From IMG/VR virus record IMGVR_UViG_3300013947_000004: a DNA stretch of 64,000 nucleotides; one strand, given 5' to 3'. This DNA comes from a virus. The notes under the pieces were generated by a model. It made no database searches. It saw only the letters and a list, made by a program, of their open reading frames with translations, and was not told where the DNA came from. This document shows positions 33,258 through 43,245 of this stretch, piece by piece. Each line of letters begins with the position of its first letter. Positions within the stretch are counted from its first letter, which is position 1. The position numbers were made by a program, and so were the translations under genes.

Positions 33258-33887
33258 CTATAATTTAGCTAATGCTTCGTGGCATTCACTATCAAAACGG
33301 TTATTTAAACTTTCTCTGAGTGACGAGCTATTCCACTCTGGAGTTTTGCATACATTATAGATAGCTACAATAAAATCATAGTCATACTGAGGGTCATCAA
33401 TATAAGACATATTTGGGTAGCCGCTATAATCATTATTGGCTTTGTTGTACATCGTATGACAAGCTTCTGTAAACATATTGAGGATTTCTCCCGGCCCATA
33501 CTGAACGGAACGGCTCCACACAACATCCTTCATAACCTCTGCGTGGTTTTCGATATGAAAATAGTTATCTGCTAATATTCTAATGGCGGGGTCATAGTAT
33601 GCGTGTTTAATATATTCGTATTGTGCTTCCCTAAATTCTTCTGTGTGGAACTCTGCAATATCTTTCCACTTCTGGTCAAATTCATCAGAGCATAATTCAC
33701 AACCTGCAAGTTCGTCAGCAAACCAATACCCTTGGGACTGGCACCATTGTACAAAAGCCTGTAAACTGCCAGCGTTTGAAGATAATTGGTATTCCCCATA
33801 CGATTTACCACCGGGGTCGCCCCAACCAGACGAGATACAGCCTACATCCCCATTAGATTCGTACTTAGATGATAATTCTCCTAACAT
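33258..33887 (-). CDS. Putative endolysin (lysozyme/transglycosylase-like).
   Basis: LSSKYESNGDVGCISSGWGDPGGKSYGEYQL, a Glu-Ser-x-Gly type motif. Immediately downstream of a holin-like gene. Confidence 0.45.
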   Translation of the reverse strand: MLGELSSKYESNGDVGCISSGWGDPGGKSYGEYQLSSNAGSLQAFVQWCQSQGYWFADELAGCELCSDEFDQKWKDIAEFHTEEFREAQYEYIKHAYYDPAIRILADNYFHIENHAEVMKDVVWSRSVQYGPGEILNMFTEACHTMYNKANNDYSGYPNMSYIDDPQYDYDFIVAIYNVCKTPEWNSSSLRESLNNRFDSECHEALAKL

Positions 33888-34204
33888 TTATCTTCCTCCT
33901 TTTTCTTCTGTTGCGGACAATATGTAACTACTGGTGGTGGAGTTGGAAATTGCCCTCTAGGGCTGTTTTTCGTGGAATCAACCAACCACTTCATTAAGCC
34001 TACCAACCCCATCCCGCAAGCACTAATCCCTTGCCAACAGGAGTCTATCTGGAAGTGGGTTCCATAGAGTCCATTACTCCAATAACCAAAAGTCCAAGAA
34101 AATAATACAACCATAGCCGCAACGATACCAAATGTCATACAGATGTGACCAATGTTCTTTTTTACTGTTCTAAAAAACTTCTGTGTCCTAGTTATTTCTA
34201 TCAA
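33881..34204 (-). CDS. Holin-like protein.
   Basis: Two TM segments (ICMTFGIVAAMVVLFSWTFGYW and GISACGMGLVGLMKWLV) and a charged C-terminus. Confidence 0.5.
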   Translation of the reverse strand: MIEITRTQKFFRTVKKNIGHICMTFGIVAAMVVLFSWTFGYWSNGLYGTHFQIDSCWQGISACGMGLVGLMKWLVDSTKNSPRGQFPTPPPVVTYCPQQKKKEEDKC

Positions 34205-34553
34205 CTCTTTCCTGTAAAGAATCTATGCGGGTCTCAATAGAATCAAATCTTGCGTCAAAACGAGCTTCGTCAATTTTCATCTGCTGTTGCCCCGCTCTTA
34301 AATCTTCCACCAATTTTGATAATGCTGTGATGCTATTGACTAGTTGGTCATATTTAGAGGAGAGAATCTTCGTCCTTTCGTTCTGATGTTCTTCTCTCTC
34401 TTTTTCTTTTTCTTCTTTTACCTTTTCCAGTTTTTCCTTCCATTCACGCTCCTGGTCACGGTGGTCGAAATAAGGTTTTAAAATGTACTGCCTAAAACCC
34501 CCTAGGGCTGTGCAGAGAAGGATTAGTCCTTCTACAACCAAAGTAAATTCCAT
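34188..34553 (-). CDS. Membrane-anchored coiled-coil protein.
   Basis: N-terminal TM, then a K/E-rich helix. Confidence 0.5.
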   Translation of the reverse strand: MEFTLVVEGLILLCTALGGFRQYILKPYFDHRDQEREWKEKLEKVKEEKEKEREEHQNERTKILSSKYDQLVNSITALSKLVEDLRAGQQQMKIDEARFDARFDSIETRIDSLQERVDRNN

Positions 34554-34560
34554 AATTCCC

Positions 34561-34592
34561 CCCTTGAAAGGAAAGCCCCCATAAGGGGGCTT
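34561..34592 (-). terminator. Weak terminator or attenuator after the giant gene.
   Basis: Minus strand: AAGCCCCC-TTAT-GGGGGCTT followed by TCCTTTC. Confidence 0.4.
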
Positions 34593-34595
34593 ATA

Positions 34596-37500
34596 CTACT
34601 CACTAAATGCTTTAGCTGATTTAGCCAAACTCTGAAGTTCTTTATTGTTCTTCGGGATAGATTTCATCTTCATGTCTATGGAAGTCGTATCTTTTGTTTT
34701 TAGAACTTTCACAATTTGGGAATCTGTCATACCATAAATTTTAAGAGCATCGTAATTTTCCCCATTCGGGTTTTTTATATACTCTTGTTTAGCTTTAGCG
34801 ACTTCTGCTGTATACTTTTTCTTCATAACCCCTAAAACTTTATTGGCGTCAGCGGCGTTATTTTCGCTAACAGGTTTAAATCCTAAGAGCTTCATGAATC
34901 TGTCCGTTGCCGAATAATGGGAAACTGTATCCCCGTAGCTATTTTTGTAGTCCCCAGAAATGGCACTTTGGATTTGCCCTGCACGAGGAGCTATCTGTTT
35001 GAGGACTCCAGTGAATGCGGCAGGAACACTTTCCGCTCCCATAATAGCTTGACCAACACCTTTTGCTGTACTGTACGTCGGGCCTAAACTTGGAGTAAGG
35101 GCATCACCCATCCCGATACGAGAGGATAAGTTAACTCCCGCTAATGTGGGAGCTCCATACAGAGCTACGTTTACGAGTGCTTTCTTAGAAGCACTTCCCC
35201 CTGCCCAGTCAATCATAGCTTTTCGCATCATAAGCCCCGGGCTTGTCCCAGTAACAGAGTCGATGACATCATCAAATAAATCAGCCGCTGGTGCCCCTGT
35301 CGCCCCTGTAAGAATCAACATTGGAACGAGGAATTTCACATTCTCTTTCAATGTATTATTTCTCATAAAGTTGATTGTAAACAGAGGATATTTCTGGAAC
35401 TGTAAGAGTAGTTTACCAGTCTGCCCCGCCATAGCAAACGCCTGAGGGGAATTAACAGGGCTATAGTCAAAGTTCGTTTCTGTTACAGTTTTCTTCGCAT
35501 AATCCATTGCGTACTTTTCTTTTACATCTTCCATACTAATCTTTCCGTTAGATTTCTTTACAATGGATTTATAGAGAGCATCTTTTTTATCTTTTGGTAA
35601 CGCATCGAAGTTATCTTTGCCTTTTATATATGCTCCAATAGCCGTGGCTTTACGAGCAAAAATATCACCTTTGTTGAAGAAATACATGGACTTTTCTGCA
35701 ACATCTTCGAGGGAATGCCCACCGAGTACTTTCCGTTTCTTTTCAAATGCTCCCGGTGTATGTCCAATATCTTCAGCCTCTATTGCAATGCTTCTATCAT
35801 TAATCCCGACGTGCTTAAATAACTTGTCATACGTATCTTTCTTTCCTTGGAGCTTAATCCCTTGAAGCAGGTACTTTTCGCCAATTTTAGCGTTGGCATT
35901 CAAGAGCTGTGCCGCCTGCACAATCATAGCAGATGGGTTTGCCATACCTAGTTTTGTGTAGTTCTGTGTACGAATAACTTTTCTTGTAAGGTCAAAATAC
36001 GGGGTGTCTGTGTGATGGCGTCTAGCAAATCTCCCAATAGCCCCCGTCCTATTTTCTATCTTTCCAATAAAGTCTGTCATGACACTGTTAACAAGATTAT
36101 CAAAAGCAGAGACGGAACGAGGAGCTTCTATCGTCTTAATATATGTTTTCAAGAATTTCTGTTCGTTTGTAGCAGGAGGGTCGTTTACATCTCTTCCGTA
36201 CATTTCTTTGTAAGCCGCTGTTGCTTCCGCCTTAAACTTAGCTTTAGCTACATAGTTAGCCATTGTGCCAAGGTATCTCCATGTAGAGTCTTCGACATTT
36301 TTACTAAACCCATTCATCGTTTCGGGGTTATCTAACCGACCTTGGAAGTAGGGGTTAAACTTTGCTTTCATATTGGCATTGTTAATTAACATAGATAATT
36401 CATCTTTACTAATTGTTTCAGAGGTTCTTCTGCGTAGTTTATCTATAAGCTTGGTATTTTTCATTTGAGCTTTTACCATCTCTACAACTCGGTTATGAAT
36501 CGCATTCTTGGTATTTGAGTTCCATTTCTTCATAATCGTATTTGCTCTATCCATAACATCTTTGACGGGGATAACATCTTTATCTTTGAAGATTTTAGAC
36601 AACATAGCTCGCTTTAACTGATTGTTATATTCTCCTTCTGCAACATCATCGCTGTCTTTTAAATAACCTTCTTCTCTCAATTCTTCTATTTGCTTTGGGG
36701 TGAGCCGCTCTGAGCTATTAAGTTTTGTAGATAATGCGACTGTGTCCATGGGAGTCATTTTGAAAGATTTAGCTTTTATTTCTCCATCCTCTGCCCCCTT
36801 ATTAATATTCTGAACGTATTCTTCTGCGTCCAAAGCGTTGTAGAAAGAATTTGTTCTTACCCAGCTACCGTCGGAATCTTTTTCCATAACGACGTAGGGC
36901 AAGTGGACGTGTGGGAAATATCCATTACGTTTCTTAGGTAGTTTCGTAGCCGCACCTGCGTCTATTGCCGCACGGACAGAATCGTTATAAATATCGTCAA
37001 AGAATTTTTCATTCTTCGCAAATGCATTAATTACACTCTTGATATTTTCTGGTTTGTACGAGGAATCCCCGTATCTCCCGTCAATCTGGTTTAACATTCC
37101 AGTAACAGCCCGTGCATAATTTCGTTTAGCGAAACTGTTAGCGGACTCTTCGCTCCTGAATGCGGAACTCCCTTTGGAGAGGGCATATACAGTAAAGCCA
37201 CGGTTTCTTTCGGAGCCAGCATCTTCCAAAGAATCTCGGAGGGAGCCGACCATTTTATATTCCCCAGATTTTTTAAGCTCTGCTACTTTTTTAGCGGCTT
37301 CCACACTTGACTTGTAATGTTCTATGTACCCGTTATGGTCTAAGGCTAAGTATACATTGCCAATCTTCTGTACCTGCATAGGAGAACGACCCATTTTATC
37401 TGCGTGCAGAATAAGTCTATCTAATGCCGCTATCTGGGATTTGTTCAATCCTTTACGGATGTCAAGGTATTTCTGCGTATATTCTAATGTCTTGTCCCGA

Positions 37501-40500
37501 CTCTTCCTATACGCTTCATCAGCTAATTCATAGATGTGTCTTGCCTTCTTCGGTAGGTATTTTTCAAAAATTTCTTGCGGATTTTTTAAGAATCTGCCGA
37601 TAGTCCCCAACTTGTTATCAGACTTAATTTTACTGCCAATAATGGAATCTAAAGCTCCACGGATAATGGCACTTTTTGTGGCGTCATTAGCATCTTTCAC
37701 TCCGTGTTTCCGTACTTGTTTTCCGACGATTTCTTGTTTTTCCTTCTTTAACTGAGCTTTACCAACCTGTTGCATTGGGGAGCTTTCTCTTTCATATACT
37801 TCTCCAGATTTGATTTTACTAAATACTTCCTGCACCGATGGTGTGCGTTCGGAAATAATGCCAAGTTTGGATGCCATATCTTTAATCTTATTCCAAATGC
37901 TCTTGAATATGCCAGATTTCGGAATTTCAGATTTGCCTAACGCCCAATCACGGTATGCGTCAGCTTGCACTTCTTCATTAGTCCCAAAAGCTTTTTCGAG
38001 AGCTTTTATTTCGGAATCTTTCAACCCCATCATTTTGGCCACATGGAACGCTTCGTGGAAAGCCGTTCCTTTCCCTGTACCATTAGCCAACTGAACATAG
38101 ATATTATCCCCCTTGTTTTGAGTGTATCCGAGGACTGTTACATTCTCCGACCCTTTAATTCCATGTTCTTCTTTTGCTCTTTGTAACTGCTCCCCAGTAA
38201 GGAATACCTTGTTAACAATATCAAAGGTTATCTTTCTACCGTTAGGCATTGTAAATTCTACAGAAGTGTTTGTCACGTTGGTTATTTTGGCGTTGGGGAT
38301 TATATCTCGGATTTCTTTTTTTGTATTTTCCATGTGAGATTGTGGCACATCCCCAAGTTGGGATTTGCCAAAAATTCCATCAAGGACTTCTTTTTCTTCT
38401 TTGGAGATTTTCTTCCCTCTTTGTCTTATATTCTTTCTTGCTTCTAATGCCTTTTCATCATCCGCTTTTTTTATTTCTTCTGATTTTTCAGACTCTTTTC
38501 TTTGTATGTCGTAAGCAAGTTTTTCTTTCCCTGTCAGGGATTCTCTAAATCCGTCAGGCTCCTTCCCCCCAGTAGCGAGGGCGTTTTTGATAGTGACGGT
38601 TTTCCCATCTTTGCCAATTTCTATAGAAGTCTTCGAGCTGGATGTAATCTTATGTTCCTTTTCGAGGTAGTCCAACACATCATCTTTTTCCGCTTTGCTT
38701 AAAGGGACGTCTTTCCCGTGCCAATCTTTTACTTTCCCAGAGGGGATGGTTACTTTTGCGTCGAAACTGCCTTCCCCGTCTTTGAATTTAGAATTGGAAA
38801 TAGTAACAGGATTCGATTTCTTCGATTCCAATCCCTCTACTTTAATTCCCATGCTTTCTAACTTAGCTAATTCTTCTTTGGAGTATGTCTCCAACTGTCT
38901 CTTTTGTAAGGCAATCTTCCCAGATTTTTTAGCCTTTTTAATTTCGTTTTCTGCGTCATAGTATTCTTTTACACTGTTAGGGATAACGTCAGGATTATTC
39001 AGTCCTTTATCATTTACTTTTTGTCCTTTGAATTTATCGTAAAGAGGTTGGAACTCTTTCTTAATTTTAGCAACTTCATCCGGATATAAGAGAGAGTCTA
39101 TAACAGCGTTACGGTTTCTGTTAGTGGGAACTTTGTCTCCATGGATAGCTTCATGCACTCTCTGAATAAACCCTTTCACCTTTTTAGTCCCGCTCATAGC
39201 CATACGTGCATTTTTTCTATCTTTAACCGATGTCTTGGGGGTAGGTGTAATCTGTTCACTAACTTTCGGTGTATTCTGAGGTAGTTGTTCTACTTTCTGA
39301 GCTTTGGGAGTTTTTTGAACTTTCCCACCATCTTTAACAGTATTGATTGCATCAATAACCCGTTTACGGTCTTTAAGAGAAAGTTTCTTTAATTCTGCGC
39401 TAACTGAAGCTCTATTTTCAGGAGTGCTAGGGTAACTACTGGAATCCTTTCCATTTTCTTTCAGGTCTTTAATCATAGCATTAGCTGATTTTTTAGACTC
39501 TTTCATTACCTTAGCTCTTGCATTTTTTAACTGCTGTTTTTGGTTAACGGAAATGGGTAAGGAAACAATTTCTTTGTTATTTTCGTCCATGTATTGAGAC
39601 TGGACACCGTTCTTCTCTAAATCTTCTTTAATGGATGCTACCTTGTTGAATACCTGTTTCCGTTGCATTTTTTTGCTTTGTTTTGTAGCTCTATTTGTTT
39701 CAGCCGTGATAACGTTCTGAATTTTTTCATGAGAAGCATCTACCCCAAGTTCGGATAATTTCTGTTGTGCCGTTTCGGATAATTTACCGTCTGGGGCGTA
39801 GTAAATAGAATTAGTGCCATTTTCCCGCAAATCTTTTTTGATTTCGTTTTTAACGTCCTTTACTTTAGCTTCTTGGTTAGTTCTTGCTTCTCTAGCCCTT
39901 TTTTCTTTTTCTCTTACTTGTTCCCCATATTGGTTAATAAGAGCTACATCAGGGGACGGAGATGTTGCATTGGAAACGTATATTTCGGGGGGAGTATTCC
40001 CCAAAGCTTTATCACGAGCAATTAAATCGTTTGCACTGGCTCGGTTAGCTTCGTCTACTGCCCGTTTATTGATAATATCAATAACTCCTTTTGCATCTGC
40101 TGGAGTTTGGATTTCTGGGAAGTCTGGGGATTTAATTAAACCTTCAATAGCCTGTTTACGTTCTTGTCCTTTTAATTCGTGTGGGGATTCAGACACTGGG
40201 TTTACAGAAAGGCTACGGAAATTTCCGTCAGCATCGGTTGTACCTGCTAACTGCAAAGCCATATTAGCCAAAGTTTGATTCTTTTCGAACGTGGGGTCAA
40301 CATTTCCATTTTCGTCTGTAAAGAGAGTTCTTTCGTAAGTGTCACGAGGAGATACTGTGCTTAATGTATTTGTTAATTCGTTTACCCTTGCGTCAGTAGG
40401 CAAATCAGCTTCACTTGTAATTTCATCATTTACAGTTATTGGACTATTTGTGACAAGGTTGTTGTAGAGAGTAGTCGCATCTTCGTTGCTTAAACCCGCT

Positions 40501-41717
40501 AAAGAATCCCCTTCTGCATTTTCTCGGAGTTCTTCTCTTGCTATATTTATTTCTGGGTTTTGGATTTCCCCGATACTGCTTTGTTCTTTGCTATCCTCAA
40601 TAGATTCGCTAATACGCCCACGTCGATGACCAACCGAACCAAGAAATGCAAGAGGCCCGAACCCAATAGCGGCTTGTGCCATTTGGTCTTTAGAAGAATC
40701 CTGCATATCGAATGGATTGTATTCTATCGGCGTATCGTTGATAGAATAGTTTTCCAACTCATTCTGCAATCCTTCCGTGTAAGATTCGGCGGCAATACCC
40801 GGAATACCACGGGTAGCAAACCGTTTAAGTAATCCCGTATCTGACCAGTCGGCAACCTTTTCACCTGCATTAGCAATGGCATTTACAAGTCCCGAACCTT
40901 CTTTTTCTGCAATCCGTTCACCAGAAGACAATAATCTGCCGGGGGCTTTCATAACCCCTTTAACCATACCCATTTCGATACCGTTTTGGATTGTACCTAA
41001 GAGCATGTTTACGCCGAAGTCGGTCATTGCGCTATCCATTGCAGAATCTCTATCCATCCCTTGAGAGATAGCATCTTGGTATGTCTGTCCAGTTTCCCTA
41101 GTAGCATCAATAAAGCCGCCGATGGCGTTCTTGGCGGCAAATTCTCCAACAACCTTACCGCCATCAGCTAAAGCTCCAAGAAGTTTACTTCCACCCGATA
41201 CAGCTCTGCCTACTTCGCTAGCTTTTTCTGCGAGAGAAGCCGCACGCCCTGCCATGCCTACTGCACGGACGGCACCTCTAGCACTAAGACTTGCAACAGA
41301 ACTCATCCCGCCAGTAATAGCTAATGCGGCTAAATCAGGAGCTACATTACCAACAGTCATACCTATTGTGCTTGTTAAACCTTGCGGGTCGGTAACATAT
41401 TCCCAAGGATTGCTCTTTATATCTTCCCAAGAATATTCTTTTGTGGGTGCTCTGCCATATTCTAAACTCCGCCCAAGGTTAGAGAGTCCCTCCCCGATAC
41501 CAATATCGGGAGTGCCTAATTTATCGCCAAGGACATCTAAGCCAGCACCAAAAGTGTCTAAAGTTCCGCCGAGTCCGTATATTGCTGAATTTAAATAACT
41601 GTCAAGGAATCCCCCATCCCCGTAATGGGGGGTAGGGGCTAAGTCTGGATTAAGGGCGTCATTTCCGAACGCTGAACTTACAGCATAACTATATGGGTAT
41701 GCACCTAAAAGTGCCAA
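34596..41717 (-). CDS. Giant (2373 aa) virion-associated multidomain protein with a zincin HExxH motif; polyvalent or ejection-protein-like.
   Basis: TTG start. G/A-rich N-terminus and long K/E-rich linkers. TAFHEAFHVAK (HEAFH encoded at 38043-38057). Hydrophobic G/A-rich C-terminal segments. Follows the hydrolase-carrying internal proteins. Confidence 0.5.
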   Translation of the reverse strand: MALLGAYPYSYAVSSAFGNDALNPDLAPTPHYGDGGFLDSYLNSAIYGLGGTLDTFGAGLDVLGDKLGTPDIGIGEGLSNLGRSLEYGRAPTKEYSWEDIKSNPWEYVTDPQGLTSTIGMTVGNVAPDLAALAITGGMSSVASLSARGAVRAVGMAGRAASLAEKASEVGRAVSGGSKLLGALADGGKVVGEFAAKNAIGGFIDATRETGQTYQDAISQGMDRDSAMDSAMTDFGVNMLLGTIQNGIEMGMVKGVMKAPGRLLSSGERIAEKEGSGLVNAIANAGEKVADWSDTGLLKRFATRGIPGIAAESYTEGLQNELENYSINDTPIEYNPFDMQDSSKDQMAQAAIGFGPLAFLGSVGHRRGRISESIEDSKEQSSIGEIQNPEINIAREELRENAEGDSLAGLSNEDATTLYNNLVTNSPITVNDEITSEADLPTDARVNELTNTLSTVSPRDTYERTLFTDENGNVDPTFEKNQTLANMALQLAGTTDADGNFRSLSVNPVSESPHELKGQERKQAIEGLIKSPDFPEIQTPADAKGVIDIINKRAVDEANRASANDLIARDKALGNTPPEIYVSNATSPSPDVALINQYGEQVREKEKRAREARTNQEAKVKDVKNEIKKDLRENGTNSIYYAPDGKLSETAQQKLSELGVDASHEKIQNVITAETNRATKQSKKMQRKQVFNKVASIKEDLEKNGVQSQYMDENNKEIVSLPISVNQKQQLKNARAKVMKESKKSANAMIKDLKENGKDSSSYPSTPENRASVSAELKKLSLKDRKRVIDAINTVKDGGKVQKTPKAQKVEQLPQNTPKVSEQITPTPKTSVKDRKNARMAMSGTKKVKGFIQRVHEAIHGDKVPTNRNRNAVIDSLLYPDEVAKIKKEFQPLYDKFKGQKVNDKGLNNPDVIPNSVKEYYDAENEIKKAKKSGKIALQKRQLETYSKEELAKLESMGIKVEGLESKKSNPVTISNSKFKDGEGSFDAKVTIPSGKVKDWHGKDVPLSKAEKDDVLDYLEKEHKITSSSKTSIEIGKDGKTVTIKNALATGGKEPDGFRESLTGKEKLAYDIQRKESEKSEEIKKADDEKALEARKNIRQRGKKISKEEKEVLDGIFGKSQLGDVPQSHMENTKKEIRDIIPNAKITNVTNTSVEFTMPNGRKITFDIVNKVFLTGEQLQRAKEEHGIKGSENVTVLGYTQNKGDNIYVQLANGTGKGTAFHEAFHVAKMMGLKDSEIKALEKAFGTNEEVQADAYRDWALGKSEIPKSGIFKSIWNKIKDMASKLGIISERTPSVQEVFSKIKSGEVYERESSPMQQVGKAQLKKEKQEIVGKQVRKHGVKDANDATKSAIIRGALDSIIGSKIKSDNKLGTIGRFLKNPQEIFEKYLPKKARHIYELADEAYRKSRDKTLEYTQKYLDIRKGLNKSQIAALDRLILHADKMGRSPMQVQKIGNVYLALDHNGYIEHYKSSVEAAKKVAELKKSGEYKMVGSLRDSLEDAGSERNRGFTVYALSKGSSAFRSEESANSFAKRNYARAVTGMLNQIDGRYGDSSYKPENIKSVINAFAKNEKFFDDIYNDSVRAAIDAGAATKLPKKRNGYFPHVHLPYVVMEKDSDGSWVRTNSFYNALDAEEYVQNINKGAEDGEIKAKSFKMTPMDTVALSTKLNSSERLTPKQIEELREEGYLKDSDDVAEGEYNNQLKRAMLSKIFKDKDVIPVKDVMDRANTIMKKWNSNTKNAIHNRVVEMVKAQMKNTKLIDKLRRRTSETISKDELSMLINNANMKAKFNPYFQGRLDNPETMNGFSKNVEDSTWRYLGTMANYVAKAKFKAEATAAYKEMYGRDVNDPPATNEQKFLKTYIKTIEAPRSVSAFDNLVNSVMTDFIGKIENRTGAIGRFARRHHTDTPYFDLTRKVIRTQNYTKLGMANPSAMIVQAAQLLNANAKIGEKYLLQGIKLQGKKDTYDKLFKHVGINDRSIAIEAEDIGHTPGAFEKKRKVLGGHSLEDVAEKSMYFFNKGDIFARKATAIGAYIKGKDNFDALPKDKKDALYKSIVKKSNGKISMEDVKEKYAMDYAKKTVTETNFDYSPVNSPQAFAMAGQTGKLLLQFQKYPLFTINFMRNNTLKENVKFLVPMLILTGATGAPAADLFDDVIDSVTGTSPGLMMRKAMIDWAGGSASKKALVNVALYGAPTLAGVNLSSRIGMGDALTPSLGPTYSTAKGVGQAIMGAESVPAAFTGVLKQIAPRAGQIQSAISGDYKNSYGDTVSHYSATDRFMKLLGFKPVSENNAADANKVLGVMKKKYTAEVAKAKQEYIKNPNGENYDALKIYGMTDSQIVKVLKTKDTTSIDMKMKSIPKNNKELQSLAKSAKAFSE

Positions 41718-41763
41718 ATTAAACCACCGCCTTGTCTAAATAAAAACATTAGAATGTCACGTC

Positions 41764-41874
41764 ATAGAATGCTTAAAATTGTCAAAATCACCCTTCTGGA
41801 GGGCATTTTTTAGGGGTAACTATCTCTCTAGGTATAATTGCCCTAAAGAAAAAGTTACTCTTTAAAAATAGCTT
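41764..41874 (+). promoter_or_regulatory. Promoter-plus-leader cassette, copy C (-10 at 41833-41838), antisense inside the late operon.
   Basis: Block-for-block alignment with copies A, B and D. Lies in the 157-bp gap between two minus-strand genes. Confidence 0.5.
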
Positions 41875-43245
41875 CTACAGCCCGTAATCGCTCCAATTAA
41901 TACCGTTGTTTACGTCGTCGTAGTTGTCACCATAAGCCGCTTGCATAAGAGCCTGTAATGCCTCTTTATTCTTAGCGGTTGGGTCACCGTTAGCTATAGC
42001 TGTAGCATTTTTTTGGAGGAGAGAGGTTGCATCACTCATATCTGCATAGTAATCATCTGGGTCATAGGACTGTCCAAAGGTAGAGTTGAGTATCTGTACA
42101 GCTTTCCCGTAAGCCGCTGATGTGACTGGGTTATCTTCTCCCGGATGGTTCTTTTCCCAATTATCGTGAAGCTCAATAATAGTTTTCGCATTACTAAACG
42201 TTGCTCCTTTGGCACCACCAGAGCTCCCAGAGCCTCCGGAACTCCCACCACCTCTTGATAATGCGGCGGCAAGTTTTTGTTGTGATAACTGGAACTGTTT
42301 ATCAGCCAAATCCTTCTTGAGGTCAAATTCTTTTTGTTTCCATTCATCCGCTTTCTTCTGTTTTTCGACTTCGAAGTTGTAATTCCGTTCTGCATTATTA
42401 AGGGCAATTTGTTTCCCAAGCAAGTCAGAGGAACTGATAAACTGGTCGGAGTCATCTGGAACCCCAATCCCAAACATCTTGCCGAGAGCGGAATAGGCAC
42501 GGCGATTATCTACGCTCCCAGATTGGTTGATAAGATTAGCCAACTGGATAGCTTGGTTCAATCTCTGCTGTTTAGTTTCTGCATCTACACGAGCTTTGAG
42601 GTCTGCGTCACGTAGAGCCATTAATTTGTCGGAGTGTGGTTTAAGATATTGGTATACGTCTACGCCATGGGACAAAGCGTCTAGGCTGTAATCTTCATGA
42701 GTAAGGAAGTCATTCAAACGTTGGTTTTCATAACTTGGAGTACTCTGACCGAGGATACTTTGGATGGATTGCTGGTCGAATCGTTCATTAGGATTGCTTA
42801 CTCTAAGGTATGCTTTTAAGTTTAAAAACGGATTACCCTGAGAATCCTTCGCTTGGAAGTTAAATCCTCCGTTCTGTCCTCCACCTGTCTTGATAATTGC
42901 CGTAGGTTGTAAATTTCCCATTGATTCTGCGTCACTCCCTCTCACGATTTGGTTTTGGGAACTCGAATTTCCCCAATAACCGCCTGACCCATCTGCTAAT
43001 GTAGCGTGGTCATTGTTTCCATATATATATACGTCGTTAGGACTAGCCGCACCTTTAGCATACGGGATAATAGGTATTCCCGCATTACGGGCGTCTGAAA
43101 CTAATCCTTCAACTGAAAATTGTCCGTTATTATATTCATTAGCCAAGAAGGGGGAGTTACCAGCCCCCATCAAACCAACAGCTTCAACGCAACCGTTAGT
43201 TCCATTTCTCATTGTCTGTCCTAAAAATTGGTCTGCGTAACTCAT
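41875..43245 (-). CDS. Virion protein with an N-terminal CHAP/NlpC-P60-like cysteine peptidase domain.
   Basis: NGCVEAVG (Cys) ... NNDHATL (His). C-terminal ~300 aa are paralogous to 43242..44213. Confidence 0.5.
   Translation of the reverse strand: MSYADQFLGQTMRNGTNGCVEAVGLMGAGNSPFLANEYNNGQFSVEGLVSDARNAGIPIIPYAKGAASPNDVYIYGNNDHATLADGSGGYWGNSSSQNQIVRGSDAESMGNLQPTAIIKTGGGQNGGFNFQAKDSQGNPFLNLKAYLRVSNPNERFDQQSIQSILGQSTPSYENQRLNDFLTHEDYSLDALSHGVDVYQYLKPHSDKLMALRDADLKARVDAETKQQRLNQAIQLANLINQSGSVDNRRAYSALGKMFGIGVPDDSDQFISSSDLLGKQIALNNAERNYNFEVEKQKKADEWKQKEFDLKKDLADKQFQLSQQKLAAALSRGGGSSGGSGSSGGAKGATFSNAKTIIELHDNWEKNHPGEDNPVTSAAYGKAVQILNSTFGQSYDPDDYYADMSDATSLLQKNATAIANGDPTAKNKEALQALMQAAYGDNYDDVNNGINWSDYGL

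Noticed and set aside
35146-41598. Numerous 60-158-aa plus-strand ORFs inside the giant gene (for example 39814-40278 and 41122-41598).
   Set aside because: These are shadow ORFs antisense to a 7.1-kb continuous coding frame, with low-complexity translations.
34596-41717. The giant protein as a virion RNA polymerase (N4 or crAss type) or as a tape-measure protein.
   Set aside because: No DxDGD-type catalytic motif is seen by eye; only DADGN and DSDGS are present. No tail-tube or chaperone genes precede it. Neither idea can be supported from the sequence alone.
41718-41874. A minus-strand sigma-A promoter for the giant gene using the TTGACA at 41779-41784 (reverse complement of the TTGTCAAAA block).
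   Set aside because: No acceptable -10 hexamer lies 16-18 nt downstream on the minus strand.
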